The notes beneath the pieces were generated by a model. That model ran no database searches. It was not told the origin of the DNA and was given only the letters and a program-made list of their open reading frames with translations. A program made the translations under genes and the position numbers. Below are positions 16,333 through 26,241 of a stretch of DNA of 64,000 bases, piece after piece (the stretch's first letter is position 1; the number at the start of each line of letters is the position of its first letter). This DNA is from Flavobacterium sp. GTDB lineage: Bacteria; Bacteroidota; Bacteroidia; Flavobacteriales; Flavobacteriaceae. Location of the stretch: the NCBI GenBank assembly GCA_016721735.1, contig JADKHM010000019.1:420034-484033 (forward strand). Reading direction: 5' to 3'.

Positions 16333-19098
16333 CTACGGTAGCTTTTCCTCAAAAGAAATTTCCCGATCGAAAATCTCCTTTAGCAACACTACGATTTCGT
16401 TTATATAATTTTCCAAAACTTCAGCTGTAATGATTGATCCAGCATCACTTTCACCTTTAAAATCGAAAGGCAAAAACCCGGATTTTAAGTTCTTGAACGA
16501 AATAATTCCAGCTTCTACTTGTTTGTCTTTTGCTTCATCGAAAAACATATACGCATAGGCAAGCACCTGTATGATTTTGTCGTTTTTAAGATCCTTTGTG
16601 AGGCCATCCCATGTTTTTAAGGTGACATTTCGCTTTTCGACTTTTCCGGTTTTATAATCTATAATTCGAACAATTCCATTTTGTTCTTCTATTCGATCTA
16701 CATTTCCCCTAATCAGAATCGGGCAAGGCAAATCTGGATGTTCCAACATTCGTTCGTATGTCTTTTCAATTGCAATAATTTTGATTGGACCATCTTTTTT
16801 TAGTCGTTCGAATTCAAGTCGAACAAAATTTTGAACATGCCGTTTTGCCACTTCGAAAGCCAATAGATTGCGCCCTTTTTTAATTTCACCTTCTTTATAA
16901 ACCAGCTTAAATTGCTTTAACACTTCGTCATTACTTTGTGCTAAGAAATTTTGTAAAATTTGCTCGTTTAAGAATTTACCCTCAAAAGGTTTATAAAGTT
17001 CTTTAAGTGTTTCGTGAATGATTGTTCCGAGCGTATTAACTGCAATCGTTTCTTCAACTTCTTCCATTTCACGAATCTGCAAGATCTTCTGAAAGTAGAA
17101 ATCAATTGGATTTCTGATATAACTCGTTAAGGCAGATGGCGAAAATCCATTAGCGGCAATTTCATATAACCGCGTAAATACCGCATCTGATTTAGGTATT
17201 GATTTAGGTCGATAGGCTACTTCTGGCAAAACCGCGTTATAAATTTCGTGTGACAAAATATGATTTGGGCGCTGTTCTAATTCTAACTGTGTAATAAATC
17301 TACTTTTTTCACCAGCATCAAGTCCTTCACTTTCTGTATTATAAATCAAAAATATGTCCTTTGCTCGTTGCAAAATATGGTAAAAATGGTAGGTGTAAAT
17401 TGCGTCTTTTTCCTTAAAAGTGGGCAAGCCATATTCCCTCTTAACATCGTATGGAATAAAGGAATTATTAGATTTCCCTGCTGGAAATTTTCCTTCATTT
17501 AGGAAAGTGACTATTACGGTTTCAAAATCTAAGACACGGCTTTCTAAAACACCCATTATTTGAAGCCCATTTAAGGGTTCGCCTTCAAAAGAAACTTCCG
17601 CTAATTCTATGATTTGTTTATAAACGGAATATAGAACTGGTATTGAATTAATATGTTGGTATTTAATTGAATAAGTAATCAATTTGTTTATGGTTTTGAA
17701 AACGGAGAATAAGAAGGCTTTGGCTATTTTTTCCTGTTCATTGTCATTATTAAGTCGGTTCTTTATTTCCACCAGAAGTCGTGCGATTTTCTCTAAAGTC
17801 TCAATCACTGTGCAATCCCATTTATCAAATATTAAGCGGAAAAATTCTGTGTGAGCTCCCTGCAATTCAAATAGTCGATTGTGCGCAATGAAAGAATAGT
17901 TGTTTTTGTTAATTATGCCAACCAGATTTTTACAGTTAATATAAGGTTCTACTAGCGGATGATTTAGTATATCGAGCACATCTTTATAGTAAAAAACGTA
18001 ATTATTGCCTGCCCGACTGATGGCGTTGATGTGCATTCGAAATAGTTTCGCAACAAGAATCTGTGCAGGATTGTTCTTACTGGAATAACCCATCGTAATA
18101 TTTAGACTATTTACCTTGTCTGGCAAAGAATAGAGGAATGGGAGCAGCAAGTTCTCTTCTGCAAGAATTATTGCTGTTCTATTCAATTCGTTTGTGGGGT
18201 TTTCATCAATAATATCTTCAACAATCTTCCCAGCAATTTTTGCTTGGCCAATTGATTTTGGTGTGCCAATTATTCTAATATTCTTTGATTGCGAAAATTC
18301 ATTGTTTACCCATTCAAATGAGTTGGTTCGATAGTATTTCCAGTTATTCTTGTATTTCCTAATAAACAATCCCGCGTCATGCGTGGAGTCCAGCAACAAT
18401 GATTCGTCGATGTCCCAGTAAATTTTTGCTTGATTTGAAGTCAACAAATGTTGAATTATGATTTCCTCTGCTGCGTTTAGTGCATTAAATCCAGCGAAGA
18501 TCATTTTTTTGTTTCTATACAAGTCCTCATTCTGATTCATTTTCAGTACCGCCTCGCGATAAATCATTCCTTGATAGCCTCTTTTGTTTTCCAGCAAATA
18601 TTCATAAAGGGCGCTATAATAAGCGGGCAATAATTTCCAAAATTCAAGATGTTTTTGTATTAGTTCCGTTTTGCCTTCCTCATTCAAAGACCAATGTTCG
18701 ATTTCTTTTATGTTGTCTAGGTAGGTAAGGATCTTTCTAGGATCTAATAAATAGTGGTCTATCTCATTGAAATCTTGGAGAAGTGTTTTTCCCCAATTGG
18801 CAAATACTTCGAAAGACTGAGCATCTGAACTTTTGGTCAAATTCAAATATACTTGGTAAAACTCAAAAATTAATTCGATTGGATCAATAAGACGAAGTCG
18901 GGATACTTTTTGAACAAAGTCTTCGATCGTTATTATCTCTGGCAAAAATACTGCGGTATTTATTTGTTTCTTCAACGCATCGATCAAGAAAACTTTTGCT
19001 CTTTTATTGGGCAGAATGATAATCGTATTTGAAAGTGAATCGCTATAATCGTGAATCACTTTTTCTGCAATCTGTTCAAGAAATGAGGGATTTGTCAT
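16333..19098 (-). CDS. PD-(D/E)XK nuclease family protein, AddB-like (no Walker A)
   Basis: 921 aa. The C-terminal motif RGNVDRIEEQNGIVRIIDYKTGK is RecB-type. The N-terminus lacks a GxGKT motif. Confidence 0.75.
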   Translation of the reverse strand: MTNPSFLEQIAEKVIHDYSDSLSNTIIILPNKRAKVFLIDALKKQINTAVFLPEIITIEDFVQKVSRLRLIDPIELIFEFYQVYLNLTKSSDAQSFEVFANWGKTLLQDFNEIDHYLLDPRKILTYLDNIKEIEHWSLNEEGKTELIQKHLEFWKLLPAYYSALYEYLLENKRGYQGMIYREAVLKMNQNEDLYRNKKMIFAGFNALNAAEEIIIQHLLTSNQAKIYWDIDESLLLDSTHDAGLFIRKYKNNWKYYRTNSFEWVNNEFSQSKNIRIIGTPKSIGQAKIAGKIVEDIIDENPTNELNRTAIILAEENLLLPFLYSLPDKVNSLNITMGYSSKNNPAQILVAKLFRMHINAISRAGNNYVFYYKDVLDILNHPLVEPYINCKNLVGIINKNNYSFIAHNRLFELQGAHTEFFRLIFDKWDCTVIETLEKIARLLVEIKNRLNNDNEQEKIAKAFLFSVFKTINKLITYSIKYQHINSIPVLYSVYKQIIELAEVSFEGEPLNGLQIMGVLESRVLDFETVIVTFLNEGKFPAGKSNNSFIPYDVKREYGLPTFKEKDAIYTYHFYHILQRAKDIFLIYNTESEGLDAGEKSRFITQLELEQRPNHILSHEIYNAVLPEVAYRPKSIPKSDAVFTRLYEIAANGFSPSALTSYIRNPIDFYFQKILQIREMEEVEETIAVNTLGTIIHETLKELYKPFEGKFLNEQILQNFLAQSNDEVLKQFKLVYKEGEIKKGRNLLAFEVAKRHVQNFVRLEFERLKKDGPIKIIAIEKTYERMLEHPDLPCPILIRGNVDRIEEQNGIVRIIDYKTGKVEKRNVTLKTWDGLTKDLKNDKIIQVLAYAYMFFDEAKDKQVEAGIISFKNLKSGFLPFDFKGESDAGSIITAEVLENYINEIVVLLKEIFDREISFEEKLP

Positions 19099-19109
19099 TT
19101 TATAAATAT

Positions 19110-19142
19110 AAAAAAAACGTCTCGATAAATCGAGACGTTTTT
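19110..19142 (-). terminator. Intrinsic terminator after the ompA-family gene
   Basis: 9-bp stem ACGTCTCGA/TCGAGACGT with loop TAAA. It is followed on the minus strand by a T7 run. Confidence 0.85.
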
Positions 19143-19162
19143 GAAAAATATTGTCGAAGAAA

Positions 19163-20569
19163 TTACTTCACTAAATTCACTTCAACTCTTCTGTTGTTAG
19201 CTTTACCAGCTTTAGTTTTATTACTATCGATTGGTTTAGTTTCACCAAAACCAGCAGAAGTTAATCTTCCGTCAGCAATTCCGTTAGTTACTAAATAATC
19301 TTTAACAGCTTTAGCTCTATCTTCTGATAATTTTTGGTTTGCAGCATCTTTACCATCACTATCTGTATGACCTTCTATGCTAAATTTAGAATCTGGATAT
19401 TCTTTCAAAATTGCAGCAATTGATTGTAATACAGGATATGTTTGTTGTTGGAAAGTTGACTTACCAGAGTTAAACAAAATTGTTTTTGCATAAGCGTTCA
19501 ATCTGTTAACTTGCTCTTCAGAAATTTCTGGACAACCTTTATTTGCTACAGTACCTTTTACATCTACACATTTGTCATCTTTATCTAGGACTCCGTCACC
19601 ATCGGTATCTGGCCAAGGGCATCCACCGTTTTCTTTTGGTCCTTTAACTTGTGGACATTTGTCAGATTTATCAGCGATACCATCACCGTCTGCATCAGGA
19701 CAACCATTTAATGATTTTGGACCTGCAACATCTGGACAAGCATCATCTTTATCAGCTATTCCGTCTGCATCAGTATCAGGACATCCTTGGAATTCAGCCA
19801 ATCCAGGAACATCTGGACAAGTATCACTTCCGTCAATTATACCATCGCCATCAGTGTCAGGACAACCTTTAAATTGTTTTAGACCAGCAACTTCTGGACA
19901 AGCATCGTCTTTGTCGTAAATTCCATCACCATCAGTATCTTTACCTCCAAATTTGAAAGTCAAACCTGCAAAATGTTGCATGTGAGATGGAACATTTTGT
20001 TCTGGAATTCGAGCTTCATCGTCGAAGGAATATTTGTATGTAGATTGAAACGATAAACCAACCATTTCAGTAAACCAAAAAGTTAGACCAAATCCTCCAT
20101 TAGCAGTTCCGTAACTTGCTTTACCCATTGAAGTATAACCACCTCCAACATGAACAGAAGGGTCAATTACTTTCCATCCGAACATGTTTGCGAAACTATA
20201 TTTAATCACACCATCTGCAGCATAATAGCTCAAATCTCCTGGGTTAACTACTGGATAATCCCCAGGAATTGTAACTCTTGGTTCTACCCATCTCTTAATT
20301 CTATTAACAGACCCAGTAATACCAAACGAAAAACTTCCACCTACATTTCTAGAAACATTAATGTATGATACTGAAGGAAGAATATTCCAGTTATCATTCA
20401 CATTAAAATACTGAGAAAATTGGTCCTCCATTTTTGAAGCTGCACTTACCCTAGTGTCTACAGCGTTTGTTCCAAAGGAAATAGCCCATGGGTTGTTACT
20501 ATCTTGTGCTTGTGAACTGAGTCCAGTCAACATTAACACAGCAGCAAATAATTTGTTAAGATGTTTCAT
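19163..20569 (-). CDS. OmpA-family outer membrane protein with thrombospondin type-3 (Ca-binding) repeats
   Basis: Signal peptide [22 protein letters not shown], an N-terminal beta-barrel-like region, five DTDGDGIxDxxDxCP repeats and a C-terminal OmpA domain (IEGHTDSDG...NRRVE). Confidence 0.9.
   Translation of the reverse strand: MKHLNKLFAAVLMLTGLSSQAQDSNNPWAISFGTNAVDTRVSAASKMEDQFSQYFNVNDNWNILPSVSYINVSRNVGGSFSFGITGSVNRIKRWVEPRVTIPGDYPVVNPGDLSYYAADGVIKYSFANMFGWKVIDPSVHVGGGYTSMGKASYGTANGGFGLTFWFTEMVGLSFQSTYKYSFDDEARIPEQNVPSHMQHFAGLTFKFGGKDTDGDGIYDKDDACPEVAGLKQFKGCPDTDGDGIIDGSDTCPDVPGLAEFQGCPDTDADGIADKDDACPDVAGPKSLNGCPDADGDGIADKSDKCPQVKGPKENGGCPWPDTDGDGVLDKDDKCVDVKGTVANKGCPEISEEQVNRLNAYAKTILFNSGKSTFQQQTYPVLQSIAAILKEYPDSKFSIEGHTDSDGKDAANQKLSEDRAKAVKDYLVTNGIADGRLTSAGFGETKPIDSNKTKAGKANNRRVEVNLVK
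19541..19945 (-). repeat. Five tandem coding repeats of about 27 aa (TSP type-3 like) inside the ompA-family gene
   Basis: Repeat units begin [76 protein letters not shown] and [19 protein letters not shown]. They also generate the spurious plus-strand ORFs at 19572-19919. Confidence 0.85.
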
Positions 20570-20604
20570 ACTTTAATTTTGTTAGATTACAATATTTTGT
20601 TAGG

Positions 20605-20612
20605 CAAAAGTA
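20605..20612 (-). promoter_or_regulatory. Candidate -7 box TACTTTTG for the ompA-family gene
   Basis: Reverse complement of caaaagta, 36 nt upstream of ATG 20569. Confidence 0.4.
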
Positions 20613-20679
20613 ATGCGTAATTTCATAACTACAAAATGAAATGTTAAAAAAAATGACTAAATACCTAGTGAAGTGTAAT

Positions 20680-21873
20680 TTACAACACATTTAACATTTT
20701 CCCCACCTCCGTGAACGCCAGTACGGCTTTGTCAATATGCTCTTTGGTATGAGCCGCTGACAGCTGCACCCTTATTCTTGCCTTGTCTTTTGGCACTACT
20801 GGAAAGAAAAAACCTACAACATAAATGCCTTTTTTCAGTAGTTCATTTGCCATTTCTTGGGACAATTTTGCATCATATAGCATGACAGGAACAATCGCTG
20901 AATCGCCATCAATAATGTCAAATCCAACTTTTTTGATTTCTTGCTTGAAGTATTTTGTATTCCATTCAAGTCGATCTCTCAAAGTAGTTTCCTTTTCTAA
21001 TAGTTCAAAGACCTTAATTGACGCACCCACTATTGCAGGCGCTAATGAATTTGAAAACAAATAGGGTCTTGATCTTTGTCTCAAGATTTCAATAATTTCC
21101 TTCTTTGCTGTAGTATATCCACCCATTGCGCCACCTAGTGCTTTTCCGAGCGTTCCGGTGATAATATCTACTCTTCCCATAACTCCTTTTGCTTCTAAAG
21201 TTCCTTTGCCGGTGGCGCCAATAAATCCAGCCGCATGGCATTCATCAACCATTACTAATGCATCATATTTGTCTGCTAAATCACATATTTTGTCTAGTGG
21301 AGCAACAATTCCATCCATTGAAAATACGCCATCGGTAACAATGAGCTTATAACGAGCACCTTGCAAATTTGCCTGAATTAATTGCTCTTCCAGGTCTTCC
21401 ATGTTGCTGTTTTCGTATCGAAATCGCTTTGCTTTACATAATCGCACACCGTCGATAATGGATGCGTGGTTCAGACTGTCAGAAATAATGGCGTCATTCT
21501 CGTTGAGTAATGGTTCAAACACCCCTCCATTGGCATCAAAGGCTGCAGCATAAAGTATCGTGTCTTCTGTGCCATAAAATTGCGCAATTCTTTTTTCAAG
21601 AACTTTATGAATATCCTGTGTTCCGCATATAAAACGAACTGAAGACATTCCAAATCCGTGCGAATCAAGTGCGTCTTTTGCCGCTTGAATCACTTCTGGA
21701 TGAGAGGATAGACCTAAGTAATTGTTGGCACAAAAATTAAGAACTGTTTCTCCTGTTTCTATTTTAATTTCTGCACCTTGTGGGGAAATTACTATTCTTT
21801 CTTTTTTGAAAAGTCCATTTTGTTCGATTGTTGCGAGTTCCATTTTGAGGTGCTCTTTGATTTTTCCGTACAT
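20680..21873 (-). CDS. kbl: Glycine C-acetyltransferase (2-amino-3-ketobutyrate CoA ligase)
   Basis: 397 aa alpha-oxoamine synthase with [14 protein letters not shown] (PLP Lys), typical of Kbl. Confidence 0.9.
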   Translation of the reverse strand: MYGKIKEHLKMELATIEQNGLFKKERIVISPQGAEIKIETGETVLNFCANNYLGLSSHPEVIQAAKDALDSHGFGMSSVRFICGTQDIHKVLEKRIAQFYGTEDTILYAAAFDANGGVFEPLLNENDAIISDSLNHASIIDGVRLCKAKRFRYENSNMEDLEEQLIQANLQGARYKLIVTDGVFSMDGIVAPLDKICDLADKYDALVMVDECHAAGFIGATGKGTLEAKGVMGRVDIITGTLGKALGGAMGGYTTAKKEIIEILRQRSRPYLFSNSLAPAIVGASIKVFELLEKETTLRDRLEWNTKYFKQEIKKVGFDIIDGDSAIVPVMLYDAKLSQEMANELLKKGIYVVGFFFPVVPKDKARIRVQLSAAHTKEHIDKAVLAFTEVGKMLNVL

Positions 21874-21883
21874 TTTTTCTGTT

Positions 21884-24800
21884 TTAAAATTGAACTAATT
21901 CTATATTATCTCCAATATAAATTAACGTCTTTGCTTTTACTTTAAAGTTCATTTTTTCCAATACATGATGATAATTATCTAATTGAACTTTGTGTTTGTT
22001 TTGATGAATCCCTGTCTTGTAATCTAAAAGAAACACCTCATTATCTGATGTAATCACAATTCGATCTGGTATTACTGTTTTTTCTTTATTTTGAATAATC
22101 GCTTGTTCGTTGTAGACATTATTCTCTGGCGAATAATACACTCTCAAATCATCATGATTAACTATCTCACTAATGGTCTTGTACACTAGCTGTTTTTGAT
22201 TCAGGGGTATTAATCCTGTTTCTAGGGCATTTGAAATGGCATCATCCACATCGTTTTTATTGATAATTTTTGCTAAGATTTCATGTATTACATTTCCGTA
22301 TTCAATGGATGATTGCTGAGAAGTCCCCCACATTAGAGATTCTTTTTGCGCAATCCTAATTTTTTTGGGATCAAATTTGCTCGAAACTGATGCTATTACA
22401 TTTGTATCTCTAGATGGCAATATTTTTTTTGAAAGCTTTTCACTTTGTCCAAAATTATATTGCAGTTTCTGATCTTCAAAAATATTACAATTCTTTAAGT
22501 ACTTTACAAAAAAGGATGCCATATTGTAGGGATACTCGCCATCTTTCTTGGGTTTAACCAAAGTAGAAATAACAAATAGTTGCTCTTCAGCTCTTGTCAA
22601 TGCAACATAAAGTATGTTTATGTTATCTAGTAATTCTTCCTCTTTTTGCTTCTTGTAAATATTGACTGCTTCCTTTCCGAAATTTTCAATCGACTTAGTG
22701 TTATCAACTAAGGCTTTCGGCATATCAAAATCATTCTCACTGTCTTCTATCCAAATTTTGTCTTTTGGTTTTCTTTCATAATCTTCATCTGCAAATGGAA
22801 TTATTACCACGGGAAATTCCAATCCTTTTGATTTGTGAATGGTTAGAATTCTGACTGCATTATCCCCCTCAGGAGATGGAATGCTAAACTTGTTTAAGTT
22901 CTTCTCCCAAAAAACAAGAAAATCTGAAATTCCTGCTTGCTTGTGATAATCTCTCTCTAGAACGATATCAAGAAAACATTGAATATAAACATTGCAATAA
23001 TTGTCCTTAACAAGGGATGCAATTAGCAATTCAACCACCTCATACAAGGATTTAGTCCTAAGGCCTTTAAATATAATTGATATGTCAAATTTAAACAACC
23101 ATGCTTCAAAATCGCCTTCGGTCTTATGCTTCATTCCTGCGGAAATAAAATCATGTATTAAATGCGTTTCTTGATTTTTGGAAGCTAAGTAATAAAGAAA
23201 ATCTGCCTTTGCTTCAAGATTATCTTGATTGTTTAAATATCCTAACACACTAATAATAAATTGGACGTCTTCGGAATTTGAAACTAATAATGTTTCAGAA
23301 GAAATAATAGGCACTTTTTGAGTCGCTAAATAATTAGCAATCCACACTCCTTGAGTTTTCTTTCTTGTTAGGATTGCAATATCTTTATAATCAAATCCTC
23401 TTGAAATTATTTCTTCAATTTTATTAAAGGTGATCATACAGAACAATTCACTACGATCTATTTCTTCTCCGTCTACAGCAGATAATTCCTCTTCTGCTTT
23501 TGTATTTAGAAACGTCAAATCAACAAAGCCGCCTTTTTTGCTATTAATATTTTGATGGCTATGATTTTCGTACAAATCCATATAGTCCGCATCCGTAAAT
23601 TCTGATGATAGGAATCGAAAAAAATCGTTGTTGAATTCCACTACTTGCGAATAACTTCGAAAATTAGTGTCTAAGTGAAATATTGCTTTGTCTGGATTAT
23701 GAAAAGGGTTTTCATTCTTGCACAGCGCAATAAATTGTTCCGCTTTTCCTCCCCGCCATCTATAAATTGATTGCTTTGGATCTCCCACAATCAAAAGTGT
23801 ACCTTTTTCTCCTGTTGAAAACTCACTTGACAGCGCATTATCTATAAGTGGAATCAGATTCTTCCACTGCATTTCTGATGTGTCTTGAAATTCATCTATA
23901 AAAAAATGATGGTACTTTTCCCCCAGTTTTTCATAGATAAAAGGAGCCGGTTGGTTTTGAATCTCATTGTATATCAAAGAATTGAACTCGGCAATTGACA
24001 AGATGTTCTGTTCTTTTTGTATTCTTGCCAGCTCAAGAGATATAGTATTGAGCAAAGACAAGGGCGTAATGTTTTTAAGAAACGCCTCATAAAACTGGAT
24101 TTTTTCAAAATTAGAGTAAACTTTTTCTAGAATTGCTAAAAGTTCAGGTATTACTGCTTCTATCGCGGCTCTATCTGTGGCCGACTTGTTTATTTGAATA
24201 TGATCACTTTCATAAAATTTCTTATTGCCAATTCTATATTTCCCTTCACTAATACTAATCAAATGATTTGGGAAAACTTCTCTTGAAAATGACTTTGGGT
24301 TGATATTGCTTGAAGACATTAATTTAATTGAACACGCACCATATACTTTGTTTTGAGACTCTAAGGTTTCTTTCAGCGCTCTAATTTTCTGTCTGACTGC
24401 GACAAAATCCTGAATAGTCTTGTCTTTAAGTTCGTTGATTTGTTCCTTATTGTTTTCATTATAAACAAGTTTACTTATTTCGAAGATTTCCCTAGTGATA
24501 TCCCATGATTTATCATCATCTATTTTCTCAATAGTAAAATCAATTAAGAGATTTGTTATTGTTTTGTTTTCACCAGCTTGCGAAATAATAGCATCGACAG
24601 CTTCGGACAATAATGAGTCTGTATCTAAAGTTACCTCGAAAGTAATGGGTAGGTTTAGGTCATGAGCAAAAGCTCGAATAACTTTATGCGTAAATTTATC
24701 AATCGTTAAAATATCAAAAGTTGCATAATTATGAACCAAGTGTTTGATTGTTTGCTTGGCTTTCCACTTCAAGTTTGGTACTGAAACTTGTGTCTCCATA

Positions 24801-25063
24801 GCAATTTCGTCTAATAATCGAAGCGGTTTATCAGCCGTATTTTCTTTTGAGAATTCATACAAATTCTGAACAATTCTGCTTTTCATTTCATGCACCGCTT
24901 TGTTGGTGAAAGTTATTGCAAGAATATTTCGATATGCGTCATTCTTCTTTGAAGTAAGAACAATTTTAAGATACTCTTTAACGAGCGTATATGTTTTGCC
25001 AGAACCTGCAGAAGCGTCGAATACGGAGAAAGAGTGTTTGTTATCTGTATGTATATTCCCCAT
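21884..25063 (-). CDS. UvrD/Rep-type helicase with C-terminal PD-(D/E)XK nuclease, AddA-like
   Basis: Walker [13 protein letters not shown], motif [10 protein letters not shown], motif [16 protein letters not shown], and C-terminal [21 protein letters not shown]. Confidence 0.8.
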   Translation of the reverse strand: MGNIHTDNKHSFSVFDASAGSGKTYTLVKEYLKIVLTSKKNDAYRNILAITFTNKAVHEMKSRIVQNLYEFSKENTADKPLRLLDEIAMETQVSVPNLKWKAKQTIKHLVHNYATFDILTIDKFTHKVIRAFAHDLNLPITFEVTLDTDSLLSEAVDAIISQAGENKTITNLLIDFTIEKIDDDKSWDITREIFEISKLVYNENNKEQINELKDKTIQDFVAVRQKIRALKETLESQNKVYGACSIKLMSSSNINPKSFSREVFPNHLISISEGKYRIGNKKFYESDHIQINKSATDRAAIEAVIPELLAILEKVYSNFEKIQFYEAFLKNITPLSLLNTISLELARIQKEQNILSIAEFNSLIYNEIQNQPAPFIYEKLGEKYHHFFIDEFQDTSEMQWKNLIPLIDNALSSEFSTGEKGTLLIVGDPKQSIYRWRGGKAEQFIALCKNENPFHNPDKAIFHLDTNFRSYSQVVEFNNDFFRFLSSEFTDADYMDLYENHSHQNINSKKGGFVDLTFLNTKAEEELSAVDGEEIDRSELFCMITFNKIEEIISRGFDYKDIAILTRKKTQGVWIANYLATQKVPIISSETLLVSNSEDVQFIISVLGYLNNQDNLEAKADFLYYLASKNQETHLIHDFISAGMKHKTEGDFEAWLFKFDISIIFKGLRTKSLYEVVELLIASLVKDNYCNVYIQCFLDIVLERDYHKQAGISDFLVFWEKNLNKFSIPSPEGDNAVRILTIHKSKGLEFPVVIIPFADEDYERKPKDKIWIEDSENDFDMPKALVDNTKSIENFGKEAVNIYKKQKEEELLDNINILYVALTRAEEQLFVISTLVKPKKDGEYPYNMASFFVKYLKNCNIFEDQKLQYNFGQSEKLSKKILPSRDTNVIASVSSKFDPKKIRIAQKESLMWGTSQQSSIEYGNVIHEILAKIINKNDVDDAISNALETGLIPLNQKQLVYKTISEIVNHDDLRVYYSPENNVYNEQAIIQNKEKTVIPDRIVITSDNEVFLLDYKTGIHQNKHKVQLDNYHHVLEKMNFKVKAKTLIYIGDNIELVQF

Positions 25064-25164
25064 TTATTAGCGCTTATTATGATATTTTGACATTTGCTTC
25101 TAAACTCATAGCTTTTCTCTTGAAATTATCCAAGTGTATTATTTCATTTCCAAAGTTAAATGTT

Positions 25165-25172
25165 TAATTTTG
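25165..25172 (+). promoter_or_regulatory. Candidate -7 box TAATTTTG for sodA
   Basis: Exact TAnnTTTG match, 36 nt upstream of ATG 25208. Confidence 0.4.
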
Positions 25173-25207
25173 ATTAAAATATTTATGAATCACTAAAACT
25201 ATATATT

Positions 25208-25816
25208 ATGGCTTTCGAATTACCTAATTTACCGTATGAATATAATGCCTTAGAGCCTAACATAGATGCTCGTACAATGGAGATTCATCATACAAAACAT
25301 CACAATGCATACACTACCAATCTAAATGCTGCTATTACCGGTACAGATTTAGAAGGCAAGACAATTGAAAATATTTTGATTAATTTGGATATGAAAAACG
25401 CTGCAGTTAGAAATAATGGCGGTGGTTTTTATAATCACAATCTCTTTTGGACTGTTATGTCTCCAAATGGCGGTGGACTGCCGTCAGGAGATTTGATGAA
25501 CGCAATAGAAAATGATTTTGGCAGCTTTGATGAATTTAAGGCGCGCTTTTCAAAGGCGGGCGCAACGCAGTTTGGTTCAGGTTGGGCTTGGCTTTGTGTG
25601 AATAAAGGCGGTAAATTAGATATATGCGGAACACCAAATCAAGACAATCCTCTGATGCCTAATGTTGGTTGCGGAGGAACTCCTATCTTAGGAATGGATG
25701 TTTGGGAACATGCCTACTATCTAAATTATCAAAACCGTCGCCCTGATTATATTGAGGCCTTTTTCAATGTGATTAATTGGACGGAAGTATCAAGAAGATA
25801 TGCCCTAGAAAAGTAG
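25208..25816 (+). CDS. sodA: Superoxide dismutase, Mn-type signature
   Basis: [42 protein letters not shown] and DVWEHAYYL. The GG and NQD residues favour the Mn class. Confidence 0.9.
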   Translation: MAFELPNLPYEYNALEPNIDARTMEIHHTKHHNAYTTNLNAAITGTDLEGKTIENILINLDMKNAAVRNNGGGFYNHNLFWTVMSPNGGGLPSGDLMNAIENDFGSFDEFKARFSKAGATQFGSGWAWLCVNKGGKLDICGTPNQDNPLMPNVGCGGTPILGMDVWEHAYYLNYQNRRPDYIEAFFNVINWTEVSRRYALEK

Positions 25817-25837
25817 ATGGTTTCACATTATAAAAAA

Positions 25838-25874
25838 AGACCGGGTTCGTAATTTCGAATCCGGTCTTTTTTTA
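25838..25874 (+). terminator. Intrinsic terminator after sodA
   Basis: Stem AGACCGGGTTCG/CGAATCCGGTCT (1 mismatch) followed by TTTTTTT. Confidence 0.85.
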
Positions 25875-25886
25875 TCAAATACTTTT

Positions 25887-25980
25887 AAATAAAAAAGGTG
25901 AAATTGCTTTCACCCTTTTTGCCCCAAATCTACCATAAGCTTAAACCTACTAAATTATGGTAGTGTAAATCTAACCACAT
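25887..25980. repeat. Copy 1 of a duplicated structured element (core 25887-25953). Contains the hairpin GGTGAAA-ttgc-TTTCACC and a second hairpin CTACCATAA/TTATGGTAG.
   Basis: By hand alignment, 64 of 67 core positions are identical to 26078-26143. On the minus strand the first hairpin is followed by TTTTTTATTT, which looks like an intrinsic terminator. Confidence 0.7.
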
Positions 25981-26077
25981 TTTGCGGCTTTCCTTATTCA
26001 AATCGTCAAATTAATTGGAATGATAGGCAAATAAGAGTCTATATACCTTTTATATGGGTTTTTTATCAATTATCATA

Positions 26078-26177
26078 AAATAAAAAAGGTGAAATTTCTT
26101 TCACCCTTTTTGCCCCAAATCTACCATAAACTTAACCTACTAATGCTATGGTTCACCAAAAGTATAGTGGTAGATTC
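26078..26177. repeat. Copy 2 of the duplicated structured element (core 26078-26143)
   Basis: Same core as copy 1, 191 bp away in the same orientation. The alternative outer helix AATCTACCA (RC of 26167-26175) / TGGTAGATT (RC of 26118-26126) is visible on the minus strand. Confidence 0.7.
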
Positions 26178-26241
26178 TTATTAACAAATATTTTAGATGA
26201 ACTACACCAAAACTCGATAAAGTGTTAATAAAAACTCGTTT

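Noticed and set aside
19572-19919. Plus-strand ORFs (115 aa and 73 aa) with repetitive SGQ/PSPSAS sequence
   Set aside because: They are the reverse-strand shadow of the TSP type-3 coding repeats in the ompA-family gene. Their periodicity comes entirely from that gene.
16333-25063. Helicase plus nuclease pair as an anti-phage defence system (Gabija- or Hachiman-like)
   Set aside because: Sizes, motif order (UvrD helicase with C-terminal RecB nuclease, plus a Walker-A-less partner with the same nuclease) and the housekeeping neighbours fit an AddAB/RexAB-type recombination-repair enzyme better than a defence island.
25887-26177. Possible CRISPR array or attachment-site duplication
   Set aside because: There are only two copies, the repeat core is about 67 nt, the spacing is 191 bp, and no cas, integrase or tRNA gene is nearby. 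Neither a CRISPR array nor an integration scar fits.
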